Assembly (NCBI GenBank): GCA_965197925.1
Contig: CBDAOC010000001.1
Coordinates: 24,724-88,723 of the forward strand
Reading direction: 5' to 3'
Source: Nitrososphaerales archaeon
Lineage (GTDB): Archaea > Thermoproteota > Nitrososphaeria > Nitrososphaerales > UBA213
Length of the DNA stretch: 64,000 bases
The notes below the pieces were generated by a model, which searched no databases, was not told the origin of the DNA, and saw only the letters and a program-made list of their open reading frames with translations. Shown in pieces: positions 11,197 through 20,826 of the stretch (position 1 is its first letter; the number at the start of each line of letters is the position of its first letter). The position numbers and the translations under genes were made by a program.

Positions 11197-12387
11197 ATGA
11201 AACTAGAAATACCAAGGTTTACTGAAAGGTTTGGTGCGGTGAGTTTGAATTCTGTGCAGAAAGTTTATGAAATAGATTCAGGAGCTAAGCAGGAAGTATA
11301 TCAACCGCCACAAACGATCAGGAAAGTAGAGACAGACGAAGTAGAAAACATGGAGAGTAAAATGGCAATAGTGATACCAATAAAAAATGAAAAACTCAAG
11401 ATATTTGAAGGTGTGTTAAGCGGTATACCACACGATTGCTTTAATATTATAGTATCCAACAGTGATCGCGAATCTCTGGACAAGTACAAAATGGAGAGGA
11501 ATTGTGTTGAACAGTTCAATAAATTTGTTGGACGTGATTCTATAATAATTCATCAAAAAGATCCTGAGCTAGGAGAGATATTGAAGAAATTGGGATATAC
11601 AGATATGCTAGACGATGGGGCCATTAGAGATGGGAAGGGAGAATCGATGATTCTTGGTATGTTGTTGGCTAAAATGGTAGGGAAGGAGTATGTAGGATTT
11701 GTGGATGCAGATAATTATGTTCCGGGGGCAGTTAATGAATATGTGAAAATTTTTGCATCAAGCTTCGTTATGGCAAGCACACCTTACGTGATGTCCAGAA
11801 TTTCTTGGGTTTACAAGCCAAAAGTATCACAAGGAGGGTTTTCTTTTCCTATGAGGGGCAGAATATCAGAGTACACAAATAGTCACCTAAATTCTTTGAT
11901 ATCCCATCACACAGGGTTTGAAACCGATATCTGCAAGACAGGCAATTCTGGGGAACATGCAATGAGTATAAAGCTCGCAGAACTTCTCACATATACATCA
12001 GGATTTGCTATTGAGCCCTACGAAATAATGAATGTATTAGAGGAGTTTGGAGGATTGAATTCTGGCAGCAAGAATGAAGCACTTGATAAAGGCGTTGATG
12101 TCTTCCAAGTGCAAACTAGAAACCCACATTTTCATGAAGAAAAAGGAGAGGACCACCTGCAGGAAATGTTACTTTGTTCTTTGGCTTCAATCTATCATAG
12201 TAGGATATGTCCCAAACCATTAAGAGAAAAAATACTAGTAGAGCTTAGGAGTAATACTCAATTGAGCGAGGGTGATGAACCACCACTACTACATAAGATA
12301 AAACCGTTCAATTTTATCGATATTGATGTATTCGAAAAAATGTTAAGAGAAAAGTCCTCGACCTTGGAACAGTTTCGCTCATTATAG
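11197..12387 (+). CDS. mpgS: Mannosyl-3-phosphoglycerate synthase
   Basis: Motifs LEIPRFTERFG, GVLSGIPHDC, RDGKGE, GFVDADNYVPG, GNSGEHAM and TRNPHFHE. Confidence 0.92.
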   Translation: MKLEIPRFTERFGAVSLNSVQKVYEIDSGAKQEVYQPPQTIRKVETDEVENMESKMAIVIPIKNEKLKIFEGVLSGIPHDCFNIIVSNSDRESLDKYKMERNCVEQFNKFVGRDSIIIHQKDPELGEILKKLGYTDMLDDGAIRDGKGESMILGMLLAKMVGKEYVGFVDADNYVPGAVNEYVKIFASSFVMASTPYVMSRISWVYKPKVSQGGFSFPMRGRISEYTNSHLNSLISHHTGFETDICKTGNSGEHAMSIKLAELLTYTSGFAIEPYEIMNVLEEFGGLNSGSKNEALDKGVDVFQVQTRNPHFHEEKGEDHLQEMLLCSLASIYHSRICPKPLREKILVELRSNTQLSEGDEPPLLHKIKPFNFIDIDVFEKMLREKSSTLEQFRSL

Positions 12388-12392
12388 TTATC

Positions 12393-13034
12393 TTGAAAAA
12401 AAAACTTGCAGCATTTGATATGGATGGTACGTTGATCAACGGTAGGTTAGTTTTTGCTTTGGGGGACAAGTATGACTTTTCAGACAGAATTAGGGAAATA
12501 ATGGTCACGAATATAGAAGGACACAAAAAATCAAAAGAAATAGCAAAATTATGGAAGGGTGTAAAGGCTAGTGAGGTTACAGAAGCTGTAAGAGGCATAC
12601 CCATCATGGATGGGGCTTCTGAAATAATTGGAGAACTCAGAGAACTTGGTTATGTGATTGGTGTAATAAGCGATAGTTACACACTTGCTACTGAACACAT
12701 TGTAAAAAGATTCAATATGGATTTTAATGTCGCTAATGCATTAGAGGTGAAAGATGGTAAGCTTACAGGTGAAATAAATATGCCTTTAGGATGGGAACAA
12801 ATCAACTGCTGGTGCAAAATCTCTGTATGCAAGAGATTCCATCTTGAAAGACTGATTGGTTCCATGAATATCCCTTTGAAGGATACAATAGCTATTGGCG
12901 ATACTAGAAATGATCTTTGCATGATCGAGAGAGCTGGTAAAGGAATTGCATTCAATCCCAAGGATGAGAAGATAATGCAGAACAAAATAGTAGTAAATGG
13001 TCAAGATCTCCGGAAAATAATGAAATTTGTCTAA
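12393..13034 (+). CDS. HAD phosphatase, SerB-like
   Basis: Motifs FDMDGTL and GDTRNDLCM; starts 5 nt after mpgS. Confidence 0.85.
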   Translation: MKKKLAAFDMDGTLINGRLVFALGDKYDFSDRIREIMVTNIEGHKKSKEIAKLWKGVKASEVTEAVRGIPIMDGASEIIGELRELGYVIGVISDSYTLATEHIVKRFNMDFNVANALEVKDGKLTGEINMPLGWEQINCWCKISVCKRFHLERLIGSMNIPLKDTIAIGDTRNDLCMIERAGKGIAFNPKDEKIMQNKIVVNGQDLRKIMKFV

Positions 13035-13175
13035 TATTTTTTCCTACATTTTTTATCATTTTGATCAAAAAAACTTATAAAAGTTAGGTTCGAAGAATAT
13101 TATGATAGAAGTTGAAAGGTTCTGAACCGTTGAAAGGTTTCTCACCAATTAAATTCTACTGAAGTGAGAGCGATA

Positions 13176-14840
13176 ATGTGTGGTATATCAGGAGTACTGA
13201 GTAAGTCAGGGAAGAATGTTACACCGTATGTCATGGATATGCTATCATGCATGATTAACAGGGGTCCTGATGGTGCAGGAATAATAGTTAAGAATTCAAT
13301 GGCGCATTCGTATAAATTGTCAGATCTTGGACTGAATCAGTTCAATAGTGAAATAGCTCTGGGCCATACTAGACTGGCCATAGTCGGTGGCAATTGTGGG
13401 CTGCAGCCTTTCAGAAGTTGCAATGGGAAGATATTACTTGAGCACAATGGTGAGATCTATAATTACAAAAAATTAAGAGCAGAGTTAGAGCAGTCGCATC
13501 ATTTCATAACCAATACCGACAGTGAAGTGCTCGTGCATCTTATTGAAGAATATTACAAAGGAGATCTGCTCAAAGCAGTGAAGAGGGCAATGAGGAGGTT
13601 GGATGGTGTATACGCAATAGCAGTAAAGGATGAGGATAGCGTAGTGATATTTAGGGATAAGCTTGGAATAAGACAGCTTTACTATGGGGAAAATGATGAA
13701 TGTATAGCATTTGCATCAGAAAAAAAGGCATTATGGATGATCGGTGTGAAGAATATTCGCAGGGTTATGCCTGGGTTCGCGGTACGATTCTCCTCTGGAA
13801 AGACGAAGATCGAGAAAGTTCTTGAACCACCAGTTAATCCAAGGGGAAGGAAAGTAAATGGAATGAAATCAGCAATTAAAATGTATAAAAAGGCTCTATA
13901 TAGTTCAGTTAAGAAAAGGGTAGAGGATCTGGAGAAGGTTGGAATTATATTCTCAGGTGGAATAGACAGTGTTCTCATAGCGAAGGTAGCAAAGGATCTT
14001 GGTGTCCCTGAGCTGTGCTGTTATACAGCTGGTCAAGTAGACTCGCATGATTTGAAGTATGCCAATGAAGTGGCAGAAAAATTAGGATTGAATATAAAAT
14101 CAAAAACACTTACCGTGGATTACATTGAATCAGTACTTCCTAGAATAATTGATGTAATCGAGGATACAAATGCCGGGCAGGTTGAAGTTGCAATACCAGT
14201 TTATGCGGCAGTTGAGCTCGCCCATAAAGATGGATTCAAAGTCATGCTTAGTGGTCAAGGCGCTGATGAATTGTTTGGTGGATATCCTTGGTATAGTAAG
14301 ATAGTTGGGTCAAAAGGATATGATGAATTTCATAAATGCATGTTGAAGGATCTTCTATACTTATACAAGGAATCATTTGAGCGTGAAGACAAGATTACAA
14401 TGGCTCACAGCATAGAGTCAAGAATTCCATTTCTGGATCCACAAGTCATAAGGGTTGCAATGCGTATAGATCCAAAACTCAAGATATTTGACGGAGATGA
14501 TATTTTTGGCAAGCAGGTGCATAGACTACTTGCAGAAGAGATAGGAATACCAAGAAACATATCATTTAGACCCAAAGAAGCTGCACAACATGGTTCAGGA
14601 ATACATGAAGTAATAAACAATATTGCAAAAACAAAGGGTTTCACTCAAGAACTAGTTAGAAAACTTGATTATCAATCCGTATTGAATAGGAAGGAAAAAA
14701 TTGGGAGCTCTCAAAGATACGGTTATCTATTTGGTGATGAAGATTTATGGGTAGCAGAAGATCATGTGCAGATGTATCTTGATAATTTGGCTCGCAAACA
14801 CGGATTGGTAGAAAGCGAAAATGCACACAGATTGATTTAA
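13176..14840 (+). CDS. asnB: Asparagine synthase (glutamine-hydrolysing) family amidotransferase
   Basis: MCGI start at 13176; RGPDG, HNGEIYNY, SGGIDS and SGQGADELFGGY. Confidence 0.92.
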   Translation: MCGISGVLSKSGKNVTPYVMDMLSCMINRGPDGAGIIVKNSMAHSYKLSDLGLNQFNSEIALGHTRLAIVGGNCGLQPFRSCNGKILLEHNGEIYNYKKLRAELEQSHHFITNTDSEVLVHLIEEYYKGDLLKAVKRAMRRLDGVYAIAVKDEDSVVIFRDKLGIRQLYYGENDECIAFASEKKALWMIGVKNIRRVMPGFAVRFSSGKTKIEKVLEPPVNPRGRKVNGMKSAIKMYKKALYSSVKKRVEDLEKVGIIFSGGIDSVLIAKVAKDLGVPELCCYTAGQVDSHDLKYANEVAEKLGLNIKSKTLTVDYIESVLPRIIDVIEDTNAGQVEVAIPVYAAVELAHKDGFKVMLSGQGADELFGGYPWYSKIVGSKGYDEFHKCMLKDLLYLYKESFEREDKITMAHSIESRIPFLDPQVIRVAMRIDPKLKIFDGDDIFGKQVHRLLAEEIGIPRNISFRPKEAAQHGSGIHEVINNIAKTKGFTQELVRKLDYQSVLNRKEKIGSSQRYGYLFGDEDLWVAEDHVQMYLDNLARKHGLVESENAHRLI

Positions 14841-14936
14841 TTTTTAACTATATCTTCTCTCATCATGTTGTAAAATCAATAAATTCAAAAAATAAATGGT
14901 GAAAGATTTAATTCCTTCAATGTAGATAATGAGTGT

Positions 14937-15374
14937 ATGTCTTTTAGTTCTGGAGAAGAAAATGGTAAGGACTACATCCTTGCGAAAATAGGATACGTTG
15001 GATTTGCAGATCCGGAAGGAGTGGAAGGTCTAGTTGTACTAAAGACTGATGAAGGTAAGGAGTTTCCCATGAGGGCCTTTTCAGGAGAGGTTGCAAGGCA
15101 CATTTCAAGGTTCCAACAAGGAGACAAGGAAAGTATACCAACTATATACAATCTTGTTCAGGAGATAGCTGAGCTGAAGGAAATGTTACTAGCAGAAGTA
15201 CGGGTATATCAAAGCGGTTCGGTTCTACGTGCAAACCTTCACTTCAAAAATAGACAAGACCAACTGATTCTGAGAAACTATAGGGCATCAGATTGTATTG
15301 CACTTGCCGCTTGTTATGATATGCCTGTCTTGGTAAGAAGGAACCTCTTCGAGCAGGCTGTTCAAGAGAAATAA
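14937..15374 (+). CDS. Bifunctional nuclease family protein (DUF151)
   Basis: PTIYNL and YRASDCIALA resemble the RPxTHDL and RPSDAIALA family motifs. Confidence 0.75.
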   Translation: MSFSSGEENGKDYILAKIGYVGFADPEGVEGLVVLKTDEGKEFPMRAFSGEVARHISRFQQGDKESIPTIYNLVQEIAELKEMLLAEVRVYQSGSVLRANLHFKNRQDQLILRNYRASDCIALAACYDMPVLVRRNLFEQAVQEK

Positions 15375-16466
15375 CTATGTTACTATATCTGCGAGCCTTT
15401 CTTCCATATATGCGTGCTTTATCTCCATAGCTATCCTTCTTCCCACACCGAGTGTTTGCCCATGGTAATACTTCGTATACGGACTTGTTGTAGCCATTAT
15501 TGGATTGCCAGGAACTCTTAACGACACATCATACACCACAATATCCATGTCAACTGTTACAATACTTTGAAGGGAAATTGGTCCTATTATTCCCGGTGGA
15601 TACAAAACCTTGGTAGCTTTGGCGAACCTGTCGCCCAAATCAAATATCTTTTCCAGCATGGATTCCCTTATGCTCGCTGGAGTATGACCTACCTCAATGT
15701 TCTGAAGTTGTACGTCAATCTCAAGTTGTTGCTTTGCTGGCATAGATACAAAATCATGCTGATTGGTTTGCAGTCTTCTCTCAATACCAAGAAATTCTAC
15801 CTCTTCTTTTAGCGGAGAGTAGAAGAAGTTAAAGTTGAAATAAGTACCAATGACGAATTCCTCGATAACCGCGTTTGCGAGTTCATCTTTTTTTATTATC
15901 CCATTCTTTATTCTTTGCTGAATCTTTTGTTCGTAATCGTTATGAGATAAAGCCATAAAGAATGCCCTTTCAAGCTTCCTCTTTGCCTCCTGAATTTTAA
16001 CTATAACAGGTCTGTCGATCTCTTGGGCATCTTGAAAGATCTTAGGGTACCTCACTCCAGCCTTTTCTAATAAATGGTATTGATTTTTTTTGACCGTTCT
16101 TTCCTCCGCACGCAACATGAATCTGTTTCCAAATATAGGTAACAGTAAATTATTTTCGATTTTATTGTATCCTAGATATGCAGTTAAGGCTCGATGAGGT
16201 ACCAGAATTGTCTTTAGCCCCCTAAGTTTATCCTGTATGTCCCTGCGAAGCATATCAGAAAATTTGTTCAAGACTATCATATTGTCTACCAATCTACCAA
16301 ACCTTTTGTAGGGGGTTTCTCTTCCTTTCTGACATACTACAACCGTATTCAATTGTTCGTCCTTTGCTCCGTCCATAACTTCTAGAGCTGAATGACTTCC
16401 TAGTACACCTATAGTAATCTTGTCATAACCTTTCACAAGTTTCGTAATCTGCTTTCTTGATATCAT
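15375..16466 (-). CDS. purP: FAICAR synthetase, PurP family
   Basis: Motifs LGSHSALE, GAKDE, PIFGNR, GHTPASIRES and PPGIIGP. Confidence 0.9.
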   Translation of the reverse strand: MISRKQITKLVKGYDKITIGVLGSHSALEVMDGAKDEQLNTVVVCQKGRETPYKRFGRLVDNMIVLNKFSDMLRRDIQDKLRGLKTILVPHRALTAYLGYNKIENNLLLPIFGNRFMLRAEERTVKKNQYHLLEKAGVRYPKIFQDAQEIDRPVIVKIQEAKRKLERAFFMALSHNDYEQKIQQRIKNGIIKKDELANAVIEEFVIGTYFNFNFFYSPLKEEVEFLGIERRLQTNQHDFVSMPAKQQLEIDVQLQNIEVGHTPASIRESMLEKIFDLGDRFAKATKVLYPPGIIGPISLQSIVTVDMDIVVYDVSLRVPGNPIMATTSPYTKYYHGQTLGVGRRIAMEIKHAYMEERLADIVT

Positions 16467-16508
16467 ATCATAATCAACCTCTCGACTGTTGGTAAAAAGT
16501 ATTTGTGC

Positions 16509-17360
16509 TTAATACTCTGCTTTCCTATCTATCATCCCTTTATTTCTTGCCTTATACTCTGCAAACTTGAAGAACAATAGTGCAGTTATGGCAAAGCCAA
16601 TAGTGCCGAGAATCAAATATATCAGATCGTTTGTGAAGGGAACGTTTGAATTAGAAAGGGCAAGCCTGATGAGACTTAGGAAGTATGTTGATGGTAACAA
16701 ATATCCTACATGTTGCATAATTGTATGCAGCATACTGACAGGGAATACAACACCTGATAGAAGAAACATAATACCAGTAGTGTACTCGCTCAAAGAATAC
16801 TGCATCTTGAAGGAAAGAAGGTTAATTGCACATAGCATAAGTCCTAGGAAACTAAATGCTACTACACCAAGCAGGATAACTCCTATCAGGAGTAGATAAT
16901 TAACCTGCAATGCATTTATCCCTAGATCCAAACCAAATAATATTTCAAACGTTACCGTACCTATAACATAGGCAATTATCACAGATATTGTTGCATTGAT
17001 TGAAGCTGCAGTAGCTCTGCCAAAAATATATGGTTTGATAGATTCAGGAGCAATATAGATTTGCTTCAGCACTTCATACTTTGCTCGATCTTCATGCACC
17101 AAATAACCTAGGGATATGGCTATGTATGCAGGGTAAATGAAAAATATTGAACCTGTGAACGCATAAAAAAAGAATTCAGGATCCCTAAGACCAGCAGCTT
17201 CGCTTCCAATTAGAAATATCAGACCTATTAAGAACACACTTGCAATAGGTTTAGCGATCATGTAAGCGATGAACACAAAAGGATCTGTCCAGTTGGATTC
17301 AACCTTCCAACCTATCCATGCGGCCCAGATCAATACCTTAACTTTATTCGTTATTGCCAT
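16509..17360 (-). CDS. ABC-2 type permease
   Basis: Multi-TM with LLSGVVFP motif; in operon with the ATPase. Confidence 0.88.
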   Translation of the reverse strand: MAITNKVKVLIWAAWIGWKVESNWTDPFVFIAYMIAKPIASVFLIGLIFLIGSEAAGLRDPEFFFYAFTGSIFFIYPAYIAISLGYLVHEDRAKYEVLKQIYIAPESIKPYIFGRATAASINATISVIIAYVIGTVTFEILFGLDLGINALQVNYLLLIGVILLGVVAFSFLGLMLCAINLLSFKMQYSLSEYTTGIMFLLSGVVFPVSMLHTIMQHVGYLLPSTYFLSLIRLALSNSNVPFTNDLIYLILGTIGFAITALLFFKFAEYKARNKGMIDRKAEY

Positions 17361-18199
17361 CTTAGGGTCAACCTTCCTTCACGTTTGCTTATAGTCTCCA
17401 TTTTTTGAAGTGCGAGATAAGAAAGGGGTAATATCAGACATGCAAGTATAACTAATCCTAACAAATGAAGAATCACACTGTTGAAATCACCTCCCAGAAT
17501 CAAGATCTGCCTCATGGCATCAATACCTATTGTGAGAGGGATTACTGATGCAAGTAACTTGATGGTGAATGGAAAGAAATCACCACTAAGAACTGGGTAG
17601 TACATTCCAGACAGTACGTATATCGGTTCTTGCATCATGTCAGCAATATGCGTGGCCTCTCTCCCATAAAGAAGAAATAGAGATGCTAAGAGAATTCCCA
17701 TTCCGTATAATGCGATGATGCTTAAGATGAAAATTATTATTATTGAATAAACGTCACCAATTATAAGGTTAATTGGAAATATCGTAACTCCAATGAACAA
17801 TATCGATAATGCCCTGATGGTAGTGTTTATCATCCCCCCCATTGCCATTCCAATTAATATAGCCATCCTGGAGATTGGAGCTATCAAGTATAATGCCAAT
17901 GTCCCCGTTTCCTTTTCATGATAAAATTGACTTGACATTCCCCATAATACATTACTCCAAAATGAAAGCATAGCTCCACCAATTATCACGAAGCCGAGAT
18001 ATTCATTTGGTGCTTGAAGAGCTTGGTACATGTAAACATAAGCACTTATCGAAAGCATAGGAATAATGACTTCGGCAATAGTCCAATGCGGTTCTCGAAG
18101 GAGTCCCTTCATCCTTACATAAGCTCGAGCGTTTATCACTCTTGCATGATTAATCAACTCACTTGAAATGCCCATCCATACCAATCCCCTTTCCAACAA
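17351..18199 (-). CDS. ABC-2 type permease
   Basis: EKETGTL and LSGMYYP motifs; true start likely near 18175. Confidence 0.88.
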   Translation of the reverse strand: MLERGLVWMGISSELINHARVINARAYVRMKGLLREPHWTIAEVIIPMLSISAYVYMYQALQAPNEYLGFVIIGGAMLSFWSNVLWGMSSQFYHEKETGTLALYLIAPISRMAILIGMAMGGMINTTIRALSILFIGVTIFPINLIIGDVYSIIIIFILSIIALYGMGILLASLFLLYGREATHIADMMQEPIYVLSGMYYPVLSGDFFPFTIKLLASVIPLTIGIDAMRQILILGGDFNSVILHLLGLVILACLILPLSYLALQKMETISKREGRLTLRWQ

Positions 18200-19136
18200 A
18201 TTTCATGTAAACATCCTCAAGTGAAGGTTGTGAAGTATTTATGGAGATGATCTTGCATCCTCCCTTCGCCAAAAATGAAACAAGGTCTGGTATCCTAGAT
18301 TCGTTGTCTAGCACAGCTATGATCTTTTTTACACCACCGTTATTCTCTTGAATTGACGATCCTAAGATACCTTTGAGTTCACTAAAATTCAGTCTAGAAG
18401 ACCAATCTGTCACTTCGATCTTTACGGTGGTATCCTTTACCAGTGATGCCTTTAAGAATTGAGGTGTTCCACATGTAATTATGCTTCCATTATATATTAT
18501 TGCGATTCTATCACACATATCTTCGGCCTCCACCATATAGTGTGTTGTAAGAAGAACCGCATGAGATTTTTCACTCTTTACCCACTGCTTAACATATTGG
18601 CGCATATGTTTAGCATTAATAACATCCAAACCTAGAGTCGGTTCATCCAAAAACAATACCTTTGGTTCGTTTATAAAACCACGGGCAAGATTCAATCTTT
18701 GTCTAAATCCAGTTGAAAGTTTATGCATTCTTGTAGAGGTGTATTCCTCAAGTTCCATATCATGGATAAGTTTATTGATACGTTCGTTTGCTTCAGTACT
18801 GGAAAGCCCATAGATTTGGGAAAAGAACCAAAGGTTTTCCTTGACAGAAAGTATTCCATAGCCTGGTGTTTCACCCCCACTGACTAGGTTAATGACTTTT
18901 CTAACCTGTTTTGGTTGCTTGAGGACATCGAAACCATAAACCTTTGCTTGTCCATCAGATGGAAGCAGTAGAGTTGCTAGGATTTTTATGAATGTAGTTT
19001 TTCCAGCACCATTTGCACCCAAAAGTCCCAAGACCTCACCACAGTTCATTTTTAAATCGATTTTGTTTAATGCGGTGATTGTTCCCCCTTTAGTTTTGAA
19101 TAATCTAGATAGTGATTGTGCTTCTACAGCATACAT
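18159..19136 (-). CDS. ABC transporter ATP-binding protein
   Basis: Motifs GANGAGKTT, LSTG, FLDEPTLGLD and TTHYM. Confidence 0.93.
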   Translation of the reverse strand: MYAVEAQSLSRLFKTKGGTITALNKIDLKMNCGEVLGLLGANGAGKTTFIKILATLLLPSDGQAKVYGFDVLKQPKQVRKVINLVSGGETPGYGILSVKENLWFFSQIYGLSSTEANERINKLIHDMELEEYTSTRMHKLSTGFRQRLNLARGFINEPKVLFLDEPTLGLDVINAKHMRQYVKQWVKSEKSHAVLLTTHYMVEAEDMCDRIAIIYNGSIITCGTPQFLKASLVKDTTVKIEVTDWSSRLNFSELKGILGSSIQENNGGVKKIIAVLDNESRIPDLVSFLAKGGCKIISINTSQPSLEDVYMKFVGKGIGMDGHFK

Positions 19137-19154
19137 TTCTTTCCTCTAAAGATG

Positions 19155-19466
19155 CTAAGATTTTTCTTTCTTTAAAGCCTTATCTATCTCCATTCTCAAT
19201 TCGTCGTCGTTTTTGTTTTCAGCATCAACACCTAGAGCCTTTGCAATTTCGTTAAGTTTTTCCCTTTCCACCCTCTGACCTTTATAATCTTTAAGTTCCC
19301 TTTCAGCATCAATTCTCGCACGTTCATATTCAGAAGTCGCTTTTCCAATAGATTTTGCAATATCCGGGATCTTCTTGGCGCCAAAGAAGATCACTACCAC
19401 AGCAATGAGAATAAATATCCATTCATTTCCTGCGATAAAAAACTGAAGGTTTTCTATGCCTTCCAT
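19155..19466 (-). CDS. tatA: Twin-arginine translocase TatA
   Basis: FFGAKKIPDIAKSIG motif; adjacent to tatC. Confidence 0.9.
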   Translation of the reverse strand: MEGIENLQFFIAGNEWIFILIAVVVIFFGAKKIPDIAKSIGKATSEYERARIDAERELKDYKGQRVEREKLNEIAKALGVDAENKNDDELRMEIDKALKKEKS

Positions 19467-19505
19467 AACTAATAAGGGGTATGATCAGAATTTAAACTTA
19501 ACCTA

Positions 19506-20312
19506 TCATGATGGTCGTACCTCTGGAACTTTCTTTATCTTAAATTCTACAAAAACCATTCCACCTAGATAAAGAACCAACATCGGTATGGAAATAAACC
19601 ACATTGTGACTCCACTACCATCAGGTGTTATTATCGCTCCAAAGACAACTAGTATTAAGACTGCGTATCGTAGGTTATCTCTCCAGAATTTGGGTTCGAC
19701 CAATCCTGCTTTAGTGATCGCCCACATAATCACAGGCAGTTGAAATGAAATACCAAATGCCACCATAAATTGCATTGTGAAAGCTATGAATTCAGTTATA
19801 TTAAGAAATGTTATAACACCTATAGATTCTCCATACCGATAAAGAAAACCCAGTATAAATGGTATAACTACAAAGTATGAAAATAAACAACCTCCTCCAA
19901 ATAGAGCAATTATTGGTAAAGTGACTTTCCCGACCGTTTCCTTCTCGTTGGAATGCAATGCTGGACTAATGAACGCTCCAATTTCTCTTGCAATAAAAGG
20001 CATACCAAAAATAAATCCCAACAAAACAGCGATGTAGAATTGAGCGAAGAATGCTTGTCCCGGTGCGATCTGAATTAGATCCACTTGTGGAGGAACAAGT
20101 TCTTCCCTCATTACGGATGTTAGCTGAATGGCTACGTTGTTGAATGGATCTGGGTATAGCATCCAGATACTTGTACCATTCAACGTGAATTCTTTTACAC
20201 CAAGTGTTAAGGTGATTGCTGTTACTGTTATCAAAGCAATAGCTATTCTTGTCACTCTCTTCCTGAGTTCAGCTATATGCTGTCTAAGTTCACTCTCGTC
20301 ACTCATTGTCAA
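19506..20312 (-). CDS. tatC: Twin-arginine translocase TatC
   Basis: Motifs HIAELRKR, FISPAL, FQLP and ITPDGSG. Confidence 0.93.
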   Translation of the reverse strand: MTMSDESELRQHIAELRKRVTRIAIALITVTAITLTLGVKEFTLNGTSIWMLYPDPFNNVAIQLTSVMREELVPPQVDLIQIAPGQAFFAQFYIAVLLGFIFGMPFIAREIGAFISPALHSNEKETVGKVTLPIIALFGGGCLFSYFVVIPFILGFLYRYGESIGVITFLNITEFIAFTMQFMVAFGISFQLPVIMWAITKAGLVEPKFWRDNLRYAVLILVVFGAIITPDGSGVTMWFISIPMLVLYLGGMVFVEFKIKKVPEVRPS

Positions 20313-20338
20313 CGAATTTTGTACATTTTCCTATATAT

Positions 20339-20785
20339 CTAGTTCGCTATAAGAAGGGATTTTGATGGGAAAAGAGTTTTAGCCTCTTCATCTGATAGAC
20401 CTTCAAACTCAAGCCAAATTTCTCCACCTGCATCAAACTTTGTAATAATGTTTTTTGCAAGATCTGAGATAAATTTGTTATCAAGCTCTATTTTCGCACC
20501 AGAGAAAAAAGTTCGATAACTCTTTTTAACTATATTACCCCCAAAAGTATTTGATAAAAATTCCTCTAACCTAGAGGAAATTTCTTTAGTGCATTCTACA
20601 GTATACATTGCAACACCGTTAATCGACTCTTTGTCGTATGGCACACCAACCTTGAACCAGTAGATACTGAAGTATGATTCCTCAGAAGAACCACACCTTA
20701 TTTCCCAATGCTTTAATTTATCTACAGGGTATTGTGTCTCACTAACTTCCTTAGCTGTTAGGTGCCAGTAAAGCATCTTTACCAT
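20339..20785 (-). CDS. Hypothetical protein
   Basis: 148-aa ORF co-oriented upstream of tatC. Confidence 0.65.
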   Translation of the reverse strand: MVKMLYWHLTAKEVSETQYPVDKLKHWEIRCGSSEESYFSIYWFKVGVPYDKESINGVAMYTVECTKEISSRLEEFLSNTFGGNIVKKSYRTFFSGAKIELDNKFISDLAKNIITKFDAGGEIWLEFEGLSDEEAKTLFPSKSLLIAN

Positions 20786-20826
20786 ATTTGATAAAAGTAG
20801 TTATTGTTATATTAATCATTGTATGA

